Positions 52,512 through 62,198 of a stretch of 64,000 bases of DNA are shown here, in pieces; positions within the stretch are counted from its first letter, which is position 1, and the number at the start of each line of letters is the position of its first letter. This stretch comes from a virus (taxonomy: Duplodnaviria > Caudoviricetes), in the IMG/VR virus record IMGVR_UViG_3300032216_002106, positions 12,059-76,058 of that record; one strand, given 5' to 3'. A program made the translations under genes and the position numbers. The notes beneath the pieces were generated by a model. The model was not told the DNA's origin. It searched no databases and saw nothing but the letters and a program-made list of their open reading frames with translations.

Positions 52512-55500
52512 GTGAGCGTATATGATGACCAGTACGGTTTTGGTAATGTTCCCGATAATTTTAACTGGAGAGCATATCTTCACTATAATCCCGACGTAAA
52601 AAATGCAGGGTTTAATAATCCATACCTAGCAGCACAACACTTTAATCAATTTGGATGGTTAGAAGGTCGTAATTATACCCTTCCAGGATTTGACCCAGAG
52701 CAATACCTGGAAGCCAACTCAGATTTAAGAAATGCCTTTGGTGAAAACATTGATCTTGCTACTGAACATTATATTGATTATGTTCTTTCTGGTAAAGAGC
52801 AAAGATCTTTAACCCCCGGTGCAGCTCCTACATCAACAACACCTGCTCCTGCAGCAACCACTCAAGCTCCTGAAGTAACACCACCAGTAACTCCCACTGC
52901 AACAGGCACTCCTTCAGCAGCAACTCCCGCTGCCGTTGTTCCAGGTACGACACTACCTTTAACAACAAAACCTGTAACAGTAAAACCTGTTACCAGTATT
53001 CCTGCAATTCCCGATCCTCCAGGACTTACTTATGATGCTATTGAAAAAAGGTGGCGCAAGGGGAATGAAAAAACTGATTACAAAACTGACGAACCAGAAA
53101 AAAGCTTAATACCTACAAATCAAGCATCGTCTTTTTGGAATGGATATGCAACGCCTATTGCGCTTGGATACAAGCCCACGGCGGCTGATTATAAAATGTT
53201 TGAATATTATGCAAATCAAGATGCAATTAACACCCAAAGAAATGCCGTTGATGCAGATTACAATACAAGAGTTCGTAACGCAAATGATACTAACCGAGCT
53301 TTAAATATTGCAAATGCTAAAAAAAATCAAGCTTATGAACAAGTTCTTGCAATTGCAAATAACACTACCAGTGGTACATATACAGCGCAAAGAGATTTAA
53401 TAAGAAGGCTAGAGACAGACGGAACTATTGACAAAGCAACACGTGAGCAAATAGAAAACAGTTATAAATTATTTTATCGCACAGAAAAATTAACTCCCTG
53501 GGATCCTGCTACAAGAATCAAGCCGCCATCCCCTGGTGGTCTAAAAGAACTAGATACTGCTTACTACAAAACACAGGTTCCTCAGGCAACAGCCGAATGG
53601 GAGCAAGCCGTAAAAGACGACAATATTGATATTACAGAACGATATAACAATGATGAAAAAGACTTCTATAGGGCACACTATACAACGCAAGGCAAGGCTA
53701 ATGGCATACGTGGATATGCGCCAGAAGAAACAAAAGAAGCAAATGTTTATTTAGAGAAACCGACAGATTTAGAAAAACAACAGATTAAAGATTCAGCCTT
53801 GGGACAAGGGCCATCTTTTGATGCATTGATTTCTAAAATACTAGGCCCAAAAGAATTACAAGACACAAAAAAATATGGCGCTTTAGCTCAAAATGTATTA
53901 AAAGATACTATTACTGAGCTGAATAAAGCAAAAAGCAAAGAAAATATGTTGGATGTATATCGGGGTTTAGAAGGATTCTCCGAAATCATGGACTTAAACA
54001 AAACACTTGCTAATTCAATAATTGGAGATTCGGGCATTGGCGGTTTTCTTGCCAGGTCACAAAACAAAACTGAAGCAGATATAACAACTGATCTGGAAAC
54101 TCAACTAGGCAAAATTACTGGATTACAAAACAACACTACTTATAATTGGCAAAAATGGTTTGATGATACTTTAACTCAAAAATACGGTATTGATTACAAA
54201 CAATATCAATCTACAGAAGATACTTTAGACGTTGTCAATGCTGCTTTGCAATCAGATCCAACTAAGATTTATAGCACAGCCAATAAAAAATTTACGGATG
54301 AATTTACTAAGAAAGCAGGATTCAATACAAGTGAGCAATTAACAGAGTTTTTAAAAGCACAAGGAACTACTGGTACGAACTTATTGTCAAGGCTTCAGGT
54401 TGGCAATGTAAGCTTAGATGAAGATCTAAAATCATTAAAGACAGGTTTAGAAACACAAGTTAAAGATTTAGATAAACAAAAAAATCGGGATTTAACTTTA
54501 ACTTACACAGGTGATACAGGAGTCCCAGAAGAAGTAAAAATAGAAGCTTCTTTTGCTCGTCAATTTATTGACGAATATTTAAAACCAAGATTTGATTATT
54601 CTAAATCAATGGATGAGTTTGCTGATTATATGAATGTTAAAGACAGCGAAAAGAATGTGTTTCAAACCACGGATAGAATTACAGAAGTCAAAAACTATGC
54701 ACAAAGTGTTGCTCAAGCGATGCAAGGAGATCTGGATACTAAGTTTGATGTTAATTTCAACACTGATTTTTATTTTAATCCTGATGACAAATATGCCACG
54801 CAAAAAGAAAGTCTCTACAATGATCAAAAGGCAAACGTTACTAAAGACTGGGAAACAGCTAAAACCAATCCAGATGCTTTAATAGATCCTAATTTACCTT
54901 ATCTTGGTACATGGGCCGAGAATGCTTACCTATACAATGTTAAAGATTTAACTGACAAAGATATATTTGCTAAGCTGCACTATCAAATTCTTGGTTTAAG
55001 GAAAGGATATGATGCTGCGATGGATCCAGCATCTACGTTGCAGATGAAATTGGAAAGCCCTGTAGCAACAAAAGCTCAGTCAATTGGCAGTGTATTTGGT
55101 TCTTTTGTAAAGCCAGAAGAATTTGCGGATACGTTACTTAAAGGCATTGATCCTTTATTAAATAGAGACAGCTGGACCAAGTTATTAAAACAGTACGACC
55201 TAGATGACTCAGCATCTATTGATGAAATTAAGAAAGCAATAACAGACAGTATTACAACAGGTAGCGCAGAAACAATAAGAGCAAACATTAAGACTTTACA
55301 AGAGTTAGAAAAAACACCAACACAAGCAGAGCTTGGTATTACTTATATTGAAAGACCAGAAGATAAAACAACAACTGAAAAAACTGAACTTTATAATATT
55401 TTTAAAAAAGCTGGATACACAGGAACTGAGCAATCTTTTTATTCTGACTATATGCCAGACACTAGTCCAGAAGACATTAAATTATTAACTGATGTCACTA

Positions 55501-55715
55501 AAGGAAAAATGCCTAAGCTTGATTTGTCATTTGACGCTAAAGATCCAATAGCAGCATTAACCAAAATTCAAAATTTTATCGAACCACCGGCAAAAGAAAT
55601 ACCAATTAAAACGGATAGTTACTTTAAAATAGGATTAGACGATGAAGAAGATAGCTCGTCAACCACAACACCAGATTCTTTCCTTAGTGATTTCACCTCA
55701 CTCCTTAAAAAATAA
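52512..55715 (+). CDS. Very large virion-region protein with N-terminal YLxxNPD-type repeats and Thr/Pro linker
   Basis: 1067-aa ORF. Confidence 0.8.
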   Translation: MSVYDDQYGFGNVPDNFNWRAYLHYNPDVKNAGFNNPYLAAQHFNQFGWLEGRNYTLPGFDPEQYLEANSDLRNAFGENIDLATEHYIDYVLSGKEQRSLTPGAAPTSTTPAPAATTQAPEVTPPVTPTATGTPSAATPAAVVPGTTLPLTTKPVTVKPVTSIPAIPDPPGLTYDAIEKRWRKGNEKTDYKTDEPEKSLIPTNQASSFWNGYATPIALGYKPTAADYKMFEYYANQDAINTQRNAVDADYNTRVRNANDTNRALNIANAKKNQAYEQVLAIANNTTSGTYTAQRDLIRRLETDGTIDKATREQIENSYKLFYRTEKLTPWDPATRIKPPSPGGLKELDTAYYKTQVPQATAEWEQAVKDDNIDITERYNNDEKDFYRAHYTTQGKANGIRGYAPEETKEANVYLEKPTDLEKQQIKDSALGQGPSFDALISKILGPKELQDTKKYGALAQNVLKDTITELNKAKSKENMLDVYRGLEGFSEIMDLNKTLANSIIGDSGIGGFLARSQNKTEADITTDLETQLGKITGLQNNTTYNWQKWFDDTLTQKYGIDYKQYQSTEDTLDVVNAALQSDPTKIYSTANKKFTDEFTKKAGFNTSEQLTEFLKAQGTTGTNLLSRLQVGNVSLDEDLKSLKTGLETQVKDLDKQKNRDLTLTYTGDTGVPEEVKIEASFARQFIDEYLKPRFDYSKSMDEFADYMNVKDSEKNVFQTTDRITEVKNYAQSVAQAMQGDLDTKFDVNFNTDFYFNPDDKYATQKESLYNDQKANVTKDWETAKTNPDALIDPNLPYLGTWAENAYLYNVKDLTDKDIFAKLHYQILGLRKGYDAAMDPASTLQMKLESPVATKAQSIGSVFGSFVKPEEFADTLLKGIDPLLNRDSWTKLLKQYDLDDSASIDEIKKAITDSITTGSAETIRANIKTLQELEKTPTQAELGITYIERPEDKTTTEKTELYNIFKKAGYTGTEQSFYSDYMPDTSPEDIKLLTDVTKGKMPKLDLSFDAKDPIAALTKIQNFIEPPAKEIPIKTDSYFKIGLDDEEDSSSTTTPDSFLSDFTSLLKK

Positions 55716-56002
55716 TGTCTGAACAACATCGAAAGGCAGCAAGTGCCGCTGGTAGATACAAAAAAGAAAACATGCAATGCAATAAACCTCAGAGGGCGCC
55801 AGCTGGGGATACTCATAAATGGGTTGTTAAATCTTGCTATGACGGAGAACAAAAAATTGTAAGGTATGGACGTAGGGGTTATCAAGACTATACTCAGCAT
55901 CACGACAAAGATCGCAGAACCAACTTTAGGGCACGGATGGGATGTGATAAACCTATGGATAAAAACACACCTAAATACTGGGCATGCTCTCGGCTCTGGT
56001 AA
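55715..56002 (+). CDS. Small basic protein of a family shared by phages and large DNA viruses
   Basis: KIVRYG..GY.DYTQHHDKDRRTNFRARM.C...KYWAC..LW. Confidence 0.65.
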   Translation: MSEQHRKAASAAGRYKKENMQCNKPQRAPAGDTHKWVVKSCYDGEQKIVRYGRRGYQDYTQHHDKDRRTNFRARMGCDKPMDKNTPKYWACSRLW

Positions 56003-56030
56003 ATAAAAACTAACGTAATTTAAATTACTT

Positions 56031-56699
56031 ATGTATGATGGTGGTATCGTGCTTACCTCCACCGTGCAAGATCTACCTACTGGCATTGATCTCATCGTGA
56101 AATATGAAGGGTTCAATGAAAAATCTTTTCCTGATCCCTCCACTGGCACAGCTCCATACACTATTGGATTTGGTAGCCAGTACTATCCCAATGGAGAACC
56201 TGTTGGCCGAGGCCAGTTATGTACATATGAAAAAGCAAAAGAATACTTGTATCACGAAATAGAAGAAATTAAAAAATCCCTTGCTAAAGAAATAACAGGA
56301 CTTAATACCCACATGGAAGAAGCTTTGGTTTCTTTCATTCATTCCATTGGCTGGGAACCATTTCTTTACAGCGACATCTTGGATGCAATAGAAGATGAAG
56401 ATCGGGAAATTGTAGCAGAAGAAATGTATCGTTGGGTCTTTGACCAAGATCATCAAGTCGTAAGCAGCCTTATCTACAGAAGGCGAGAAGAAATTAATCT
56501 TTTTTTAATTGGCTCTCAAGATGGTGTACCAGGATTTGGCGGTCAACTTTTGTTGAATGCCTTTGAGAGGTATGACCATTCACCCGTGCAAAGCAGAGCT
56601 ATTAAACGTCTAGAAGCAGCAATTCATCCTATGATCCTTGCTGAATTTATAAATGATTTCAAGTTGTCAAAATTACAGCAGGGTGAAATTACAGTGTAA
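56031..56699 (+). CDS. GH24 phage lysozyme (endolysin)
   Basis: LIVKYEGF...PDPSTG..PYTIGFG catalytic E/D/T; LVSFIHSIG; RRREE. Confidence 0.85.
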   Translation: MYDGGIVLTSTVQDLPTGIDLIVKYEGFNEKSFPDPSTGTAPYTIGFGSQYYPNGEPVGRGQLCTYEKAKEYLYHEIEEIKKSLAKEITGLNTHMEEALVSFIHSIGWEPFLYSDILDAIEDEDREIVAEEMYRWVFDQDHQVVSSLIYRRREEINLFLIGSQDGVPGFGGQLLLNAFERYDHSPVQSRAIKRLEAAIHPMILAEFINDFKLSKLQQGEITV

Positions 56700-56724
56700 G
56701 CTTTAGAATAGGTACAGGTGAAAC

Positions 56725-57036
56725 ATGGAATTTCTGATGGAACCCTCAGCTGAGCCCCAGGAACTAGACCTTCCCCTGGAGTTTAAATTTGCCATGCGTA
56801 AAGCAGAGCTTCAGGCTGCAGAAATGACTTGGGATCAGTTATATGCAGCTTTGTTAAATCTTTACAATCAACGTCTAGTAGAAATCACAGCCATTAAAGA
56901 TATCCTGGTAGAAGAAGGTGTCAATATTGAATTTGATCTATCATCTGAACTAGAGCTGGAAGAGCTAGCTCAGATGTATGGCTATGACGAAGACGAGGAG
57001 AGCGAAGACGACGATGAAACCCTTTTACCTTTTTAA
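56725..57036 (+). CDS. Acidic hypothetical protein
   Basis: 103 aa with acidic tail ending LPF. Confidence 0.7.
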   Translation: MEFLMEPSAEPQELDLPLEFKFAMRKAELQAAEMTWDQLYAALLNLYNQRLVEITAIKDILVEEGVNIEFDLSSELELEELAQMYGYDEDEESEDDDETLLPF

Positions 57037-57407
57037 GTAAGACGCCCCAAGTACCAGGCTGCTTTTTCCAAAGATTCAGCTTGGCCCTTCATGCGTTCGC
57101 GCCAGATATATTTTATAGCGTTTCCCTTGCAATATCCACGAAACTCTTCAGGCGTTAACGCAGCTTGTATAGCTTCAATACACTCAACACCCCCCTGGTT
57201 GTAGTGAGGAGGGTGATTGACTGCATCAACTACATTCCGCGCCGCATCGCTGTCAGTTTCTTTTCCCTTACCGGAATCTGATTCAGGTCCAGCACTACTG
57301 CTCCTTTCCCCAGTGGCATGGCACCCATCTCCATACCTTCCTCCACACTCGGAATGTAACCCGTAACTCCCGGTCGGCTCCCTTCCGTCATTGAGTTGGT
57401 GGCGCAT
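57033..57407 (-). CDS. DUF3310 protein
   Basis: VNHPPHYNQGGVECIEAI...YCKGNAIKYIWR. Confidence 0.85.
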   Translation of the reverse strand: MRHQLNDGREPTGSYGLHSECGGRYGDGCHATGERSSSAGPESDSGKGKETDSDAARNVVDAVNHPPHYNQGGVECIEAIQAALTPEEFRGYCKGNAIKYIWRERMKGQAESLEKAAWYLGRLT

Positions 57408-57628
57408 TGGTTCCCCTCTAGGGCAAGATTCAAACGTGGGCGGTCAGCTTGGGTAGCTACCAGACCCCTATTATACTGATCATAAAGAGGAACGTCATTC
57501 TCTTCATTATCTAATTCAGCGCCAAAGTCGCATTCAGTTAAACAACGACGGCTGACTTCATCATGAATAGGAATACCACGTTGCATGAATTCATTTAAGA
57601 AATCGTCGGCATTTATTGCGTTATGCAT
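57230..57628 (-). CDS. Hypothetical protein overlapping DUF3310 by 178 nt
   Basis: 132-aa ORF. Confidence 0.6.
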   Translation of the reverse strand: MHNAINADDFLNEFMQRGIPIHDEVSRRCLTECDFGAELDNEENDVPLYDQYNRGLVATQADRPRLNLALEGNQCATNSMTEGSRPGVTGYIPSVEEGMEMGAMPLGKGAVVLDLNQIPVREKKLTAMRRGM

Positions 57629-57659
57629 TTGTTTAAATCTCTTCGATTACAATATTAAC

Positions 57660-58031
57660 ATGGGACGATTCTACGAGCCACGCAAAGATTCACCAAGAGG
57701 GTATATCCCTGATGGATATGATCCCTCAATAGATGCTGGGACATCTGTTGGAGATACTTCAGATCTAAACCCAGGACATGCTTACGGCGTTGATACACGA
57801 AACCTAGATACAGACGAGCAACGAACAGCTGGTCGCGCCAACACTAGCAATACAAGGCAACAGGAAAGAGTACAAAAATTTATGGCGGCAGCAAAGTCAG
57901 CTGGTAAATTTAAACAGAATGCAGAAATTAGACAAGCAACTGGCGCAGACCAAGGGGAAGTTTTTTCTCCCGTAGGCAGTACTCAATATTCAGCTAAGCC
58001 TAAAAGCACGTATGGTTTACCCTTCGTCTAA
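57660..58031 (+). CDS. Hypothetical protein (MGRFYEPRK)
   Basis: TACAAT 8 nt before ATG. Confidence 0.6.
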   Translation: MGRFYEPRKDSPRGYIPDGYDPSIDAGTSVGDTSDLNPGHAYGVDTRNLDTDEQRTAGRANTSNTRQQERVQKFMAAAKSAGKFKQNAEIRQATGADQGEVFSPVGSTQYSAKPKSTYGLPFV

Positions 58032-58244
58032 GTAGTGACCATAGTCTTGCAACTCTAAAGCATCCTGGAACTCATTGAATAATTCTTGTATTATATTTAA
58101 TACCCATTGGACATTATCAGTCTGATAAGTTGAAAGTGCGGACACCAAGAGATCATTCTCCTGGTGCACCACGGCTTTAGTAATAACTTGTAATATCTTT
58201 AATCGTTGATCAATATCGTGCGCATCTGGCTTCATACCCTGCAC
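58017..58244 (-). CDS. Hypothetical protein
   Basis: 75 aa, coupled to dcd. Confidence 0.55.
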   Translation of the reverse strand: MQGMKPDAHDIDQRLKILQVITKAVVHQENDLLVSALSTYQTDNVQWVLNIIQELFNEFQDALELQDYGHYLDEG

Positions 58245-58819
58245 GTAACAATTTCCTTGGGTTGATCCTGGTACTTGCCTTTGCGGTCTTCATAGGTTGT
58301 ACTGCAAGGATTTCCCCTGAAGAACATTAGCTGGATAATACCTTCATTTGCGTAAATACGATTAAACAAAGGTGTTGCATTACTGATTTCAAGGGTTAAG
58401 TGTCCCTCCCAACAGGCTTCTGCCGGAGTGATATTTGTAATAATTCCTGAGCGAGCATATGTACTTTTTCCCATTGCAATGACAGTAACGTCTTCTGGAA
58501 GAGCAATGCGTTCTTCTGCTACTGCCAAGCAATATCCATAAGGAGGAATCAAGAAATATTTACCCCTTTCATCTTCTAGTAATTCGGAAGGACGTAGAAT
58601 CTCTTGATTAAAATTCTTTGGGTCAGTTTCACCAACGTCAATACGTCCAAAAACCAAGCACTGCATGGGAGACAAACGTATGTCATACCCATAAGAACCT
58701 AAGCCATAGCTGAGTAGCCGCCTACCATCCTCTTCTCTTACAATATGGTCCACAAATGGCTCAATCATGCCATGATTCAAGGCAAGATCTTTGATTTCCC
58801 GGTCGCAAAGAAGGCCCAT
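58232..58819 (-). CDS. dcd: dCTP deaminase
   Basis: SYGLGSYGYDIRL; GKSTYARSG; WEGHLTLEISN; Y.DRKGKYQDQ. Confidence 0.93.
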   Translation of the reverse strand: MGLLCDREIKDLALNHGMIEPFVDHIVREEDGRRLLSYGLGSYGYDIRLSPMQCLVFGRIDVGETDPKNFNQEILRPSELLEDERGKYFLIPPYGYCLAVAEERIALPEDVTVIAMGKSTYARSGIITNITPAEACWEGHLTLEISNATPLFNRIYANEGIIQLMFFRGNPCSTTYEDRKGKYQDQPKEIVTCRV

Positions 58820-58851
58820 CTGAGGTGTTCGGTCTTACGTAGTGTAGCTTA

Positions 58852-59436
58852 TCAGCAGATGATCCGCCCTTTTTCTTCATAAATATCTATAAATTTTTGA
58901 GTCGCCCCTCCAGGGTTGTCTTTGGGCTGCAAGTAAATAACCATGGATGTACAGGTACGGTGTTTAGAGATTCCCTCGCTAGAATTTTTAATCAAATCAG
59001 GAGCAGTTTTAAGAATGCAGATAGGAAAATCAAAGATTTTTTGTTCGTACCGAATCATGTCAGGGCAATTTGTAAAATATAAACCTTGCTCGATTTCATT
59101 ATTCCACCACGCACGGTAGAGCCTTTGGAACCACACCGCATGAGACGACGTAATTGCAGTAGCGTTGGACCGTGTCATCTTCCATTTATCAAGTCTTTTG
59201 TCAAAGTAATATGTACCACTTGGGGGAAATAAATAAACTTTGCCAAACCATTCAATATTATTTAAACCGTCATCCTGAGGCGTGTAATAATTAAGAGCTT
59301 CTATATAGCTGTTTGCCACCTTAGAGCTGGCAACATCTAAATCAATCTCCCCCAACAAGGCGTACGCTGCAGATATTAAGTCAGGGTTAGTAATCAGCTC
59401 TTGATCTTCTTTGCGTAAGGGACGAAGGATTGCCAT
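58852..59436 (-). CDS. Phage Dam-like DNA N6-adenine methyltransferase homolog with altered catalytic motif (FPPS)
   Basis: IDLDVASS...YYT..DDGL...W.GKVYLFPP. Confidence 0.7.
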   Translation of the reverse strand: MAILRPLRKEDQELITNPDLISAAYALLGEIDLDVASSKVANSYIEALNYYTPQDDGLNNIEWFGKVYLFPPSGTYYFDKRLDKWKMTRSNATAITSSHAVWFQRLYRAWWNNEIEQGLYFTNCPDMIRYEQKIFDFPICILKTAPDLIKNSSEGISKHRTCTSMVIYLQPKDNPGGATQKFIDIYEEKGRIIC

Positions 59437-59819
59437 TATTCTGTCATCTGATTGTAATTAATTTCAAAATAACGCAAGCCGTCATTATCGCAAATAATGT
59501 ATCCAGCCTTTTCCGCTGGATTAATTTTCTGAGCAGCAGATAATATCCTGCGAAAACTTTCAGCAAGGTCGTCATTATTGTTTTCTTCACACTCTTCTTG
59601 TGCCGAATGCAATTCTGCTAGTGTCCAATAAAACATACTTTTGTCTTTCAACATTGGTTGAAAGATCATAATTCCAGGACCCTCTTTATCCCAAAATTCA
59701 ATATACATTTTACCCATGTCACCAAGGATAAAGCGTACGGTTGCATCTAGGATTTTTGCTTTTTCTGGAGAGTAGTCTTTGTCTAACAGTGTAGCCAGAA
59801 GCTCTTCACGTTTTGTCAT
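59436..59819 (-). CDS. Hypothetical protein
   Basis: 127 aa in operon. Confidence 0.7.
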   Translation of the reverse strand: MTKREELLATLLDKDYSPEKAKILDATVRFILGDMGKMYIEFWDKEGPGIMIFQPMLKDKSMFYWTLAELHSAQEECEENNNDDLAESFRRILSAAQKINPAEKAGYIICDNDGLRYFEINYNQMTE

Positions 59820-60274
59820 GGTTTAATAAATCCTTGCTTTTCAAGTGATTCAAGAAGTTTAGGGAGCGGCTGGTAGACACAGACCATCTTACCGATTATT
59901 CCACGTTTTTTTACCAAGGTTCCATTTTCATCTTTTAGTTTATTGAATTCTTTGGCACGGATCAAGTACTCGGCCACACATCGCAACCTCCTCTTAAGAG
60001 ACAATTCCGCTTGCGGAAATCTACCACAGATTGTATCTGGTGTCATGTCAGCAAATGCTAACCGCAATCTATTGGCCAGGGTCATGCTTGAGTTGGCGTC
60101 TTCCTCTTCGTAATCACGAATGTTCATTAGGTAACGCTGGAGGCATCCATCATCAAACGATCCAAAGGGAGGCAAAAAATGCTCAACCTGCTTAGCAATA
60201 ATACTAGGAAGTAGTTGAGAATAGTTTTCAAGAGTAACCGTGGTTACGTCTAGATCTTGTATTAAATGAGACAT
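59816..60274 (-). CDS. Hypothetical protein
   Basis: 152 aa in operon. Confidence 0.7.
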   Translation of the reverse strand: MSHLIQDLDVTTVTLENYSQLLPSIIAKQVEHFLPPFGSFDDGCLQRYLMNIRDYEEEDANSSMTLANRLRLAFADMTPDTICGRFPQAELSLKRRLRCVAEYLIRAKEFNKLKDENGTLVKKRGIIGKMVCVYQPLPKLLESLEKQGFIKP

Positions 60275-60275
60275 A

Positions 60276-60683
60276 TTATAAATGTGCGCTAATACTGTTG
60301 TTATACATGGTTCGATTCCTTAGATCGCTTGGTTCCACAGGCCGATCTTTGGCAAAGGAACGCACCAGCTCATGCCACGGGATTCTGATAACAGCTTTGC
60401 CGCTGGTACGTGGGCAAATATTAATATAGTGTATGCCTTCTACCCATCCTTGGCCTTTGTTTTGTTTAGATTTACTAATCCAATTTCGTATGGTTTGGTC
60501 AGATACGTTTAATCGTTTGGCACATTCCTCTGTTGATATGTATTCATCGGCGTAAAGCTCTGGGTTCATCCTATCTGTTTCTTCTGTTTTGTAGCGAGAA
60601 TGCCACATAGAACCAAGGATAGTCTTAATGCCTTTTAGTTCGACCGCAATATCCTCAAGGCTTTTTCTTAGTCCGTATTGCAT
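60276..60683 (-). CDS. HTH DNA-binding protein (excisionase/MerR-like)
   Basis: YISTEECAKRLNVSDQTIRNWI...WVEGIHY. Confidence 0.75.
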   Translation of the reverse strand: MQYGLRKSLEDIAVELKGIKTILGSMWHSRYKTEETDRMNPELYADEYISTEECAKRLNVSDQTIRNWISKSKQNKGQGWVEGIHYINICPRTSGKAVIRIPWHELVRSFAKDRPVEPSDLRNRTMYNNSISAHL

Positions 60684-60733
60684 GGTGTCAATATTTCTTT
60701 TTTTATGCTAGCTTTAAAACAAACAAATTGTTA

Positions 60734-61069
60734 CCCATGGAAGAAAATCAAGTTCCTGCCAGTACCCCTCCCCAGGCTCCTCAAGTTCCTGAAGGATACA
60801 TCTCTCCGGAACTCCTGGAGCAACTCAAGGCACAGGCTCGTGCGCAAGCTATTCAAGCAACATTGAATCAAAGTGTAGCTCCTGCTCCCGTACGTCCCGC
60901 CCCTAAGGCTACCCCTGCTCCTGATCGGGTTGTCTATGTACGTCGTAATTTGACCGTGGCCGAATTGATTGTTGTGTTCTTGCTTTCTTGCGGTTTGGTA
61001 CTAGGCATTCAAGGTGCTTGGCAACTAGCAAACAATCTTCCACGCATCGAAGTAAAGTGGAATAAGTAA
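60734..61069 (+). CDS. Pro-rich protein with C-terminal TM segment
   Basis: ELIVVFLLSCGLVLGIQGAW. Confidence 0.65.
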   Translation, partial: PMEENQVPASTPPQAPQVPEGYISPELLEQLKAQARAQAIQATLNQSVAPAPVRPAPKATPAPDRVVYVRRNLTVAELIVVFLLSCGLVLGIQGAWQLANNLPRIEVKWNK

Positions 61070-61111
61070 AAAGGACCTATAATCTTAGCAGGGGAATTTG
61101 TTGTTTATTTA

Positions 61112-62155
61112 ATGGCTAATCGAAGAATATCCGAACTACCACTTATAGAAGGTAATCAGATAGCAGAACAAGATCTGTTTACCTTGGTGCATGTCTATGA
61201 AGTTGACCCTACGTTAAAAAATAAAAAACTTACTATTTCAGGTTTTAACGAATACTTAAAAGTTTATTACGTTACTACTTCGGGTGGAACTATAAACGGC
61301 TCTTTAAATGTACAAAAAACAATTACAGCAGCAACTGGTATTTTTGGTAATATTATTTTTCCTAACTCTGTAATTTCTGGTGATCTTTTTGTTTACGGTA
61401 GTGGTTACTTTGGATCAGGTATTAGCGTAACAGGCACTATTAGTGGACAAACGGTAACCGGTTTAACGGCTAATTTTATTACTCTTTCAGGTACAACCGT
61501 TACTGGTATTACCGCTAATTTTGTATCCGGTGTATTCACAACTCAAGTATCAGGTCAAACAATTACTGGAACATCTGTTCAAGCGACTAATGTTACAGGG
61601 GCAACAATTGTAGGTACAACATCTGTTTCAGGTGCTACAGTCACTGGTAATACAGGTCAGTTTACTTCTGTCACCGGTGGTACTGCAGGATTTACGACTG
61701 TCACTGGTACGACTGTCACCGGTACCACAGGTAATTTTGTTACAATTTCGGGAACAACTGTTACCGGCAGCACGGGTCGGTTTACTTCTGTTACAGGTGG
61801 CACCGCAGGATTTACAACTGTCACTGGTACAACTGTTACAGGCACTACGGCTAATTTTGTAACAGTATCAGGTGCTACAGTCACCGGTAATACAGGTCAG
61901 TTTACTTCTGTTACAGGTGGCACTGCAGGATTTACAACTGTTACCGGTACAACTGTCACAGGCACTACAGCTAATTTTGTAACAGTATCAGGTACGACAG
62001 TCACAGGTACTACAGGTAAATTTACTTCTGTTACTGGTAGTACAATTGCTATTACAACACCGTCAGGTGCAACTCCGGCTCTTGTTTGCTCAGGCGTCGT
62101 TTCTGGTAATACAACTGGATTTATTATCCAAGGGCCTTTGATAATTCTTCCATAG
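61112..62155 (+). CDS. Thr/Gly-rich repetitive tail/fibre protein
   Basis: MANRRISELP..DLF N-terminus typical of cyanophage structural proteins; 40-aa repeats. Confidence 0.75.
   Translation: MANRRISELPLIEGNQIAEQDLFTLVHVYEVDPTLKNKKLTISGFNEYLKVYYVTTSGGTINGSLNVQKTITAATGIFGNIIFPNSVISGDLFVYGSGYFGSGISVTGTISGQTVTGLTANFITLSGTTVTGITANFVSGVFTTQVSGQTITGTSVQATNVTGATIVGTTSVSGATVTGNTGQFTSVTGGTAGFTTVTGTTVTGTTGNFVTISGTTVTGSTGRFTSVTGGTAGFTTVTGTTVTGTTANFVTVSGATVTGNTGQFTSVTGGTAGFTTVTGTTVTGTTANFVTVSGTTVTGTTGKFTSVTGSTIAITTPSGATPALVCSGVVSGNTTGFIIQGPLIILP
61625..62038 (+). repeat. 120-bp (40-aa) tandem repeat, about 3.5 copies
   Basis: VSGATVTGNTGQFTSVTGGTAGFTTVTGTTVTGTT(G/A)NFVT. Confidence 0.85.
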
Positions 62156-62198
62156 CAAAGTATTGTTCCTACAGTAAAATAAAAGAAAAGGATTTACC

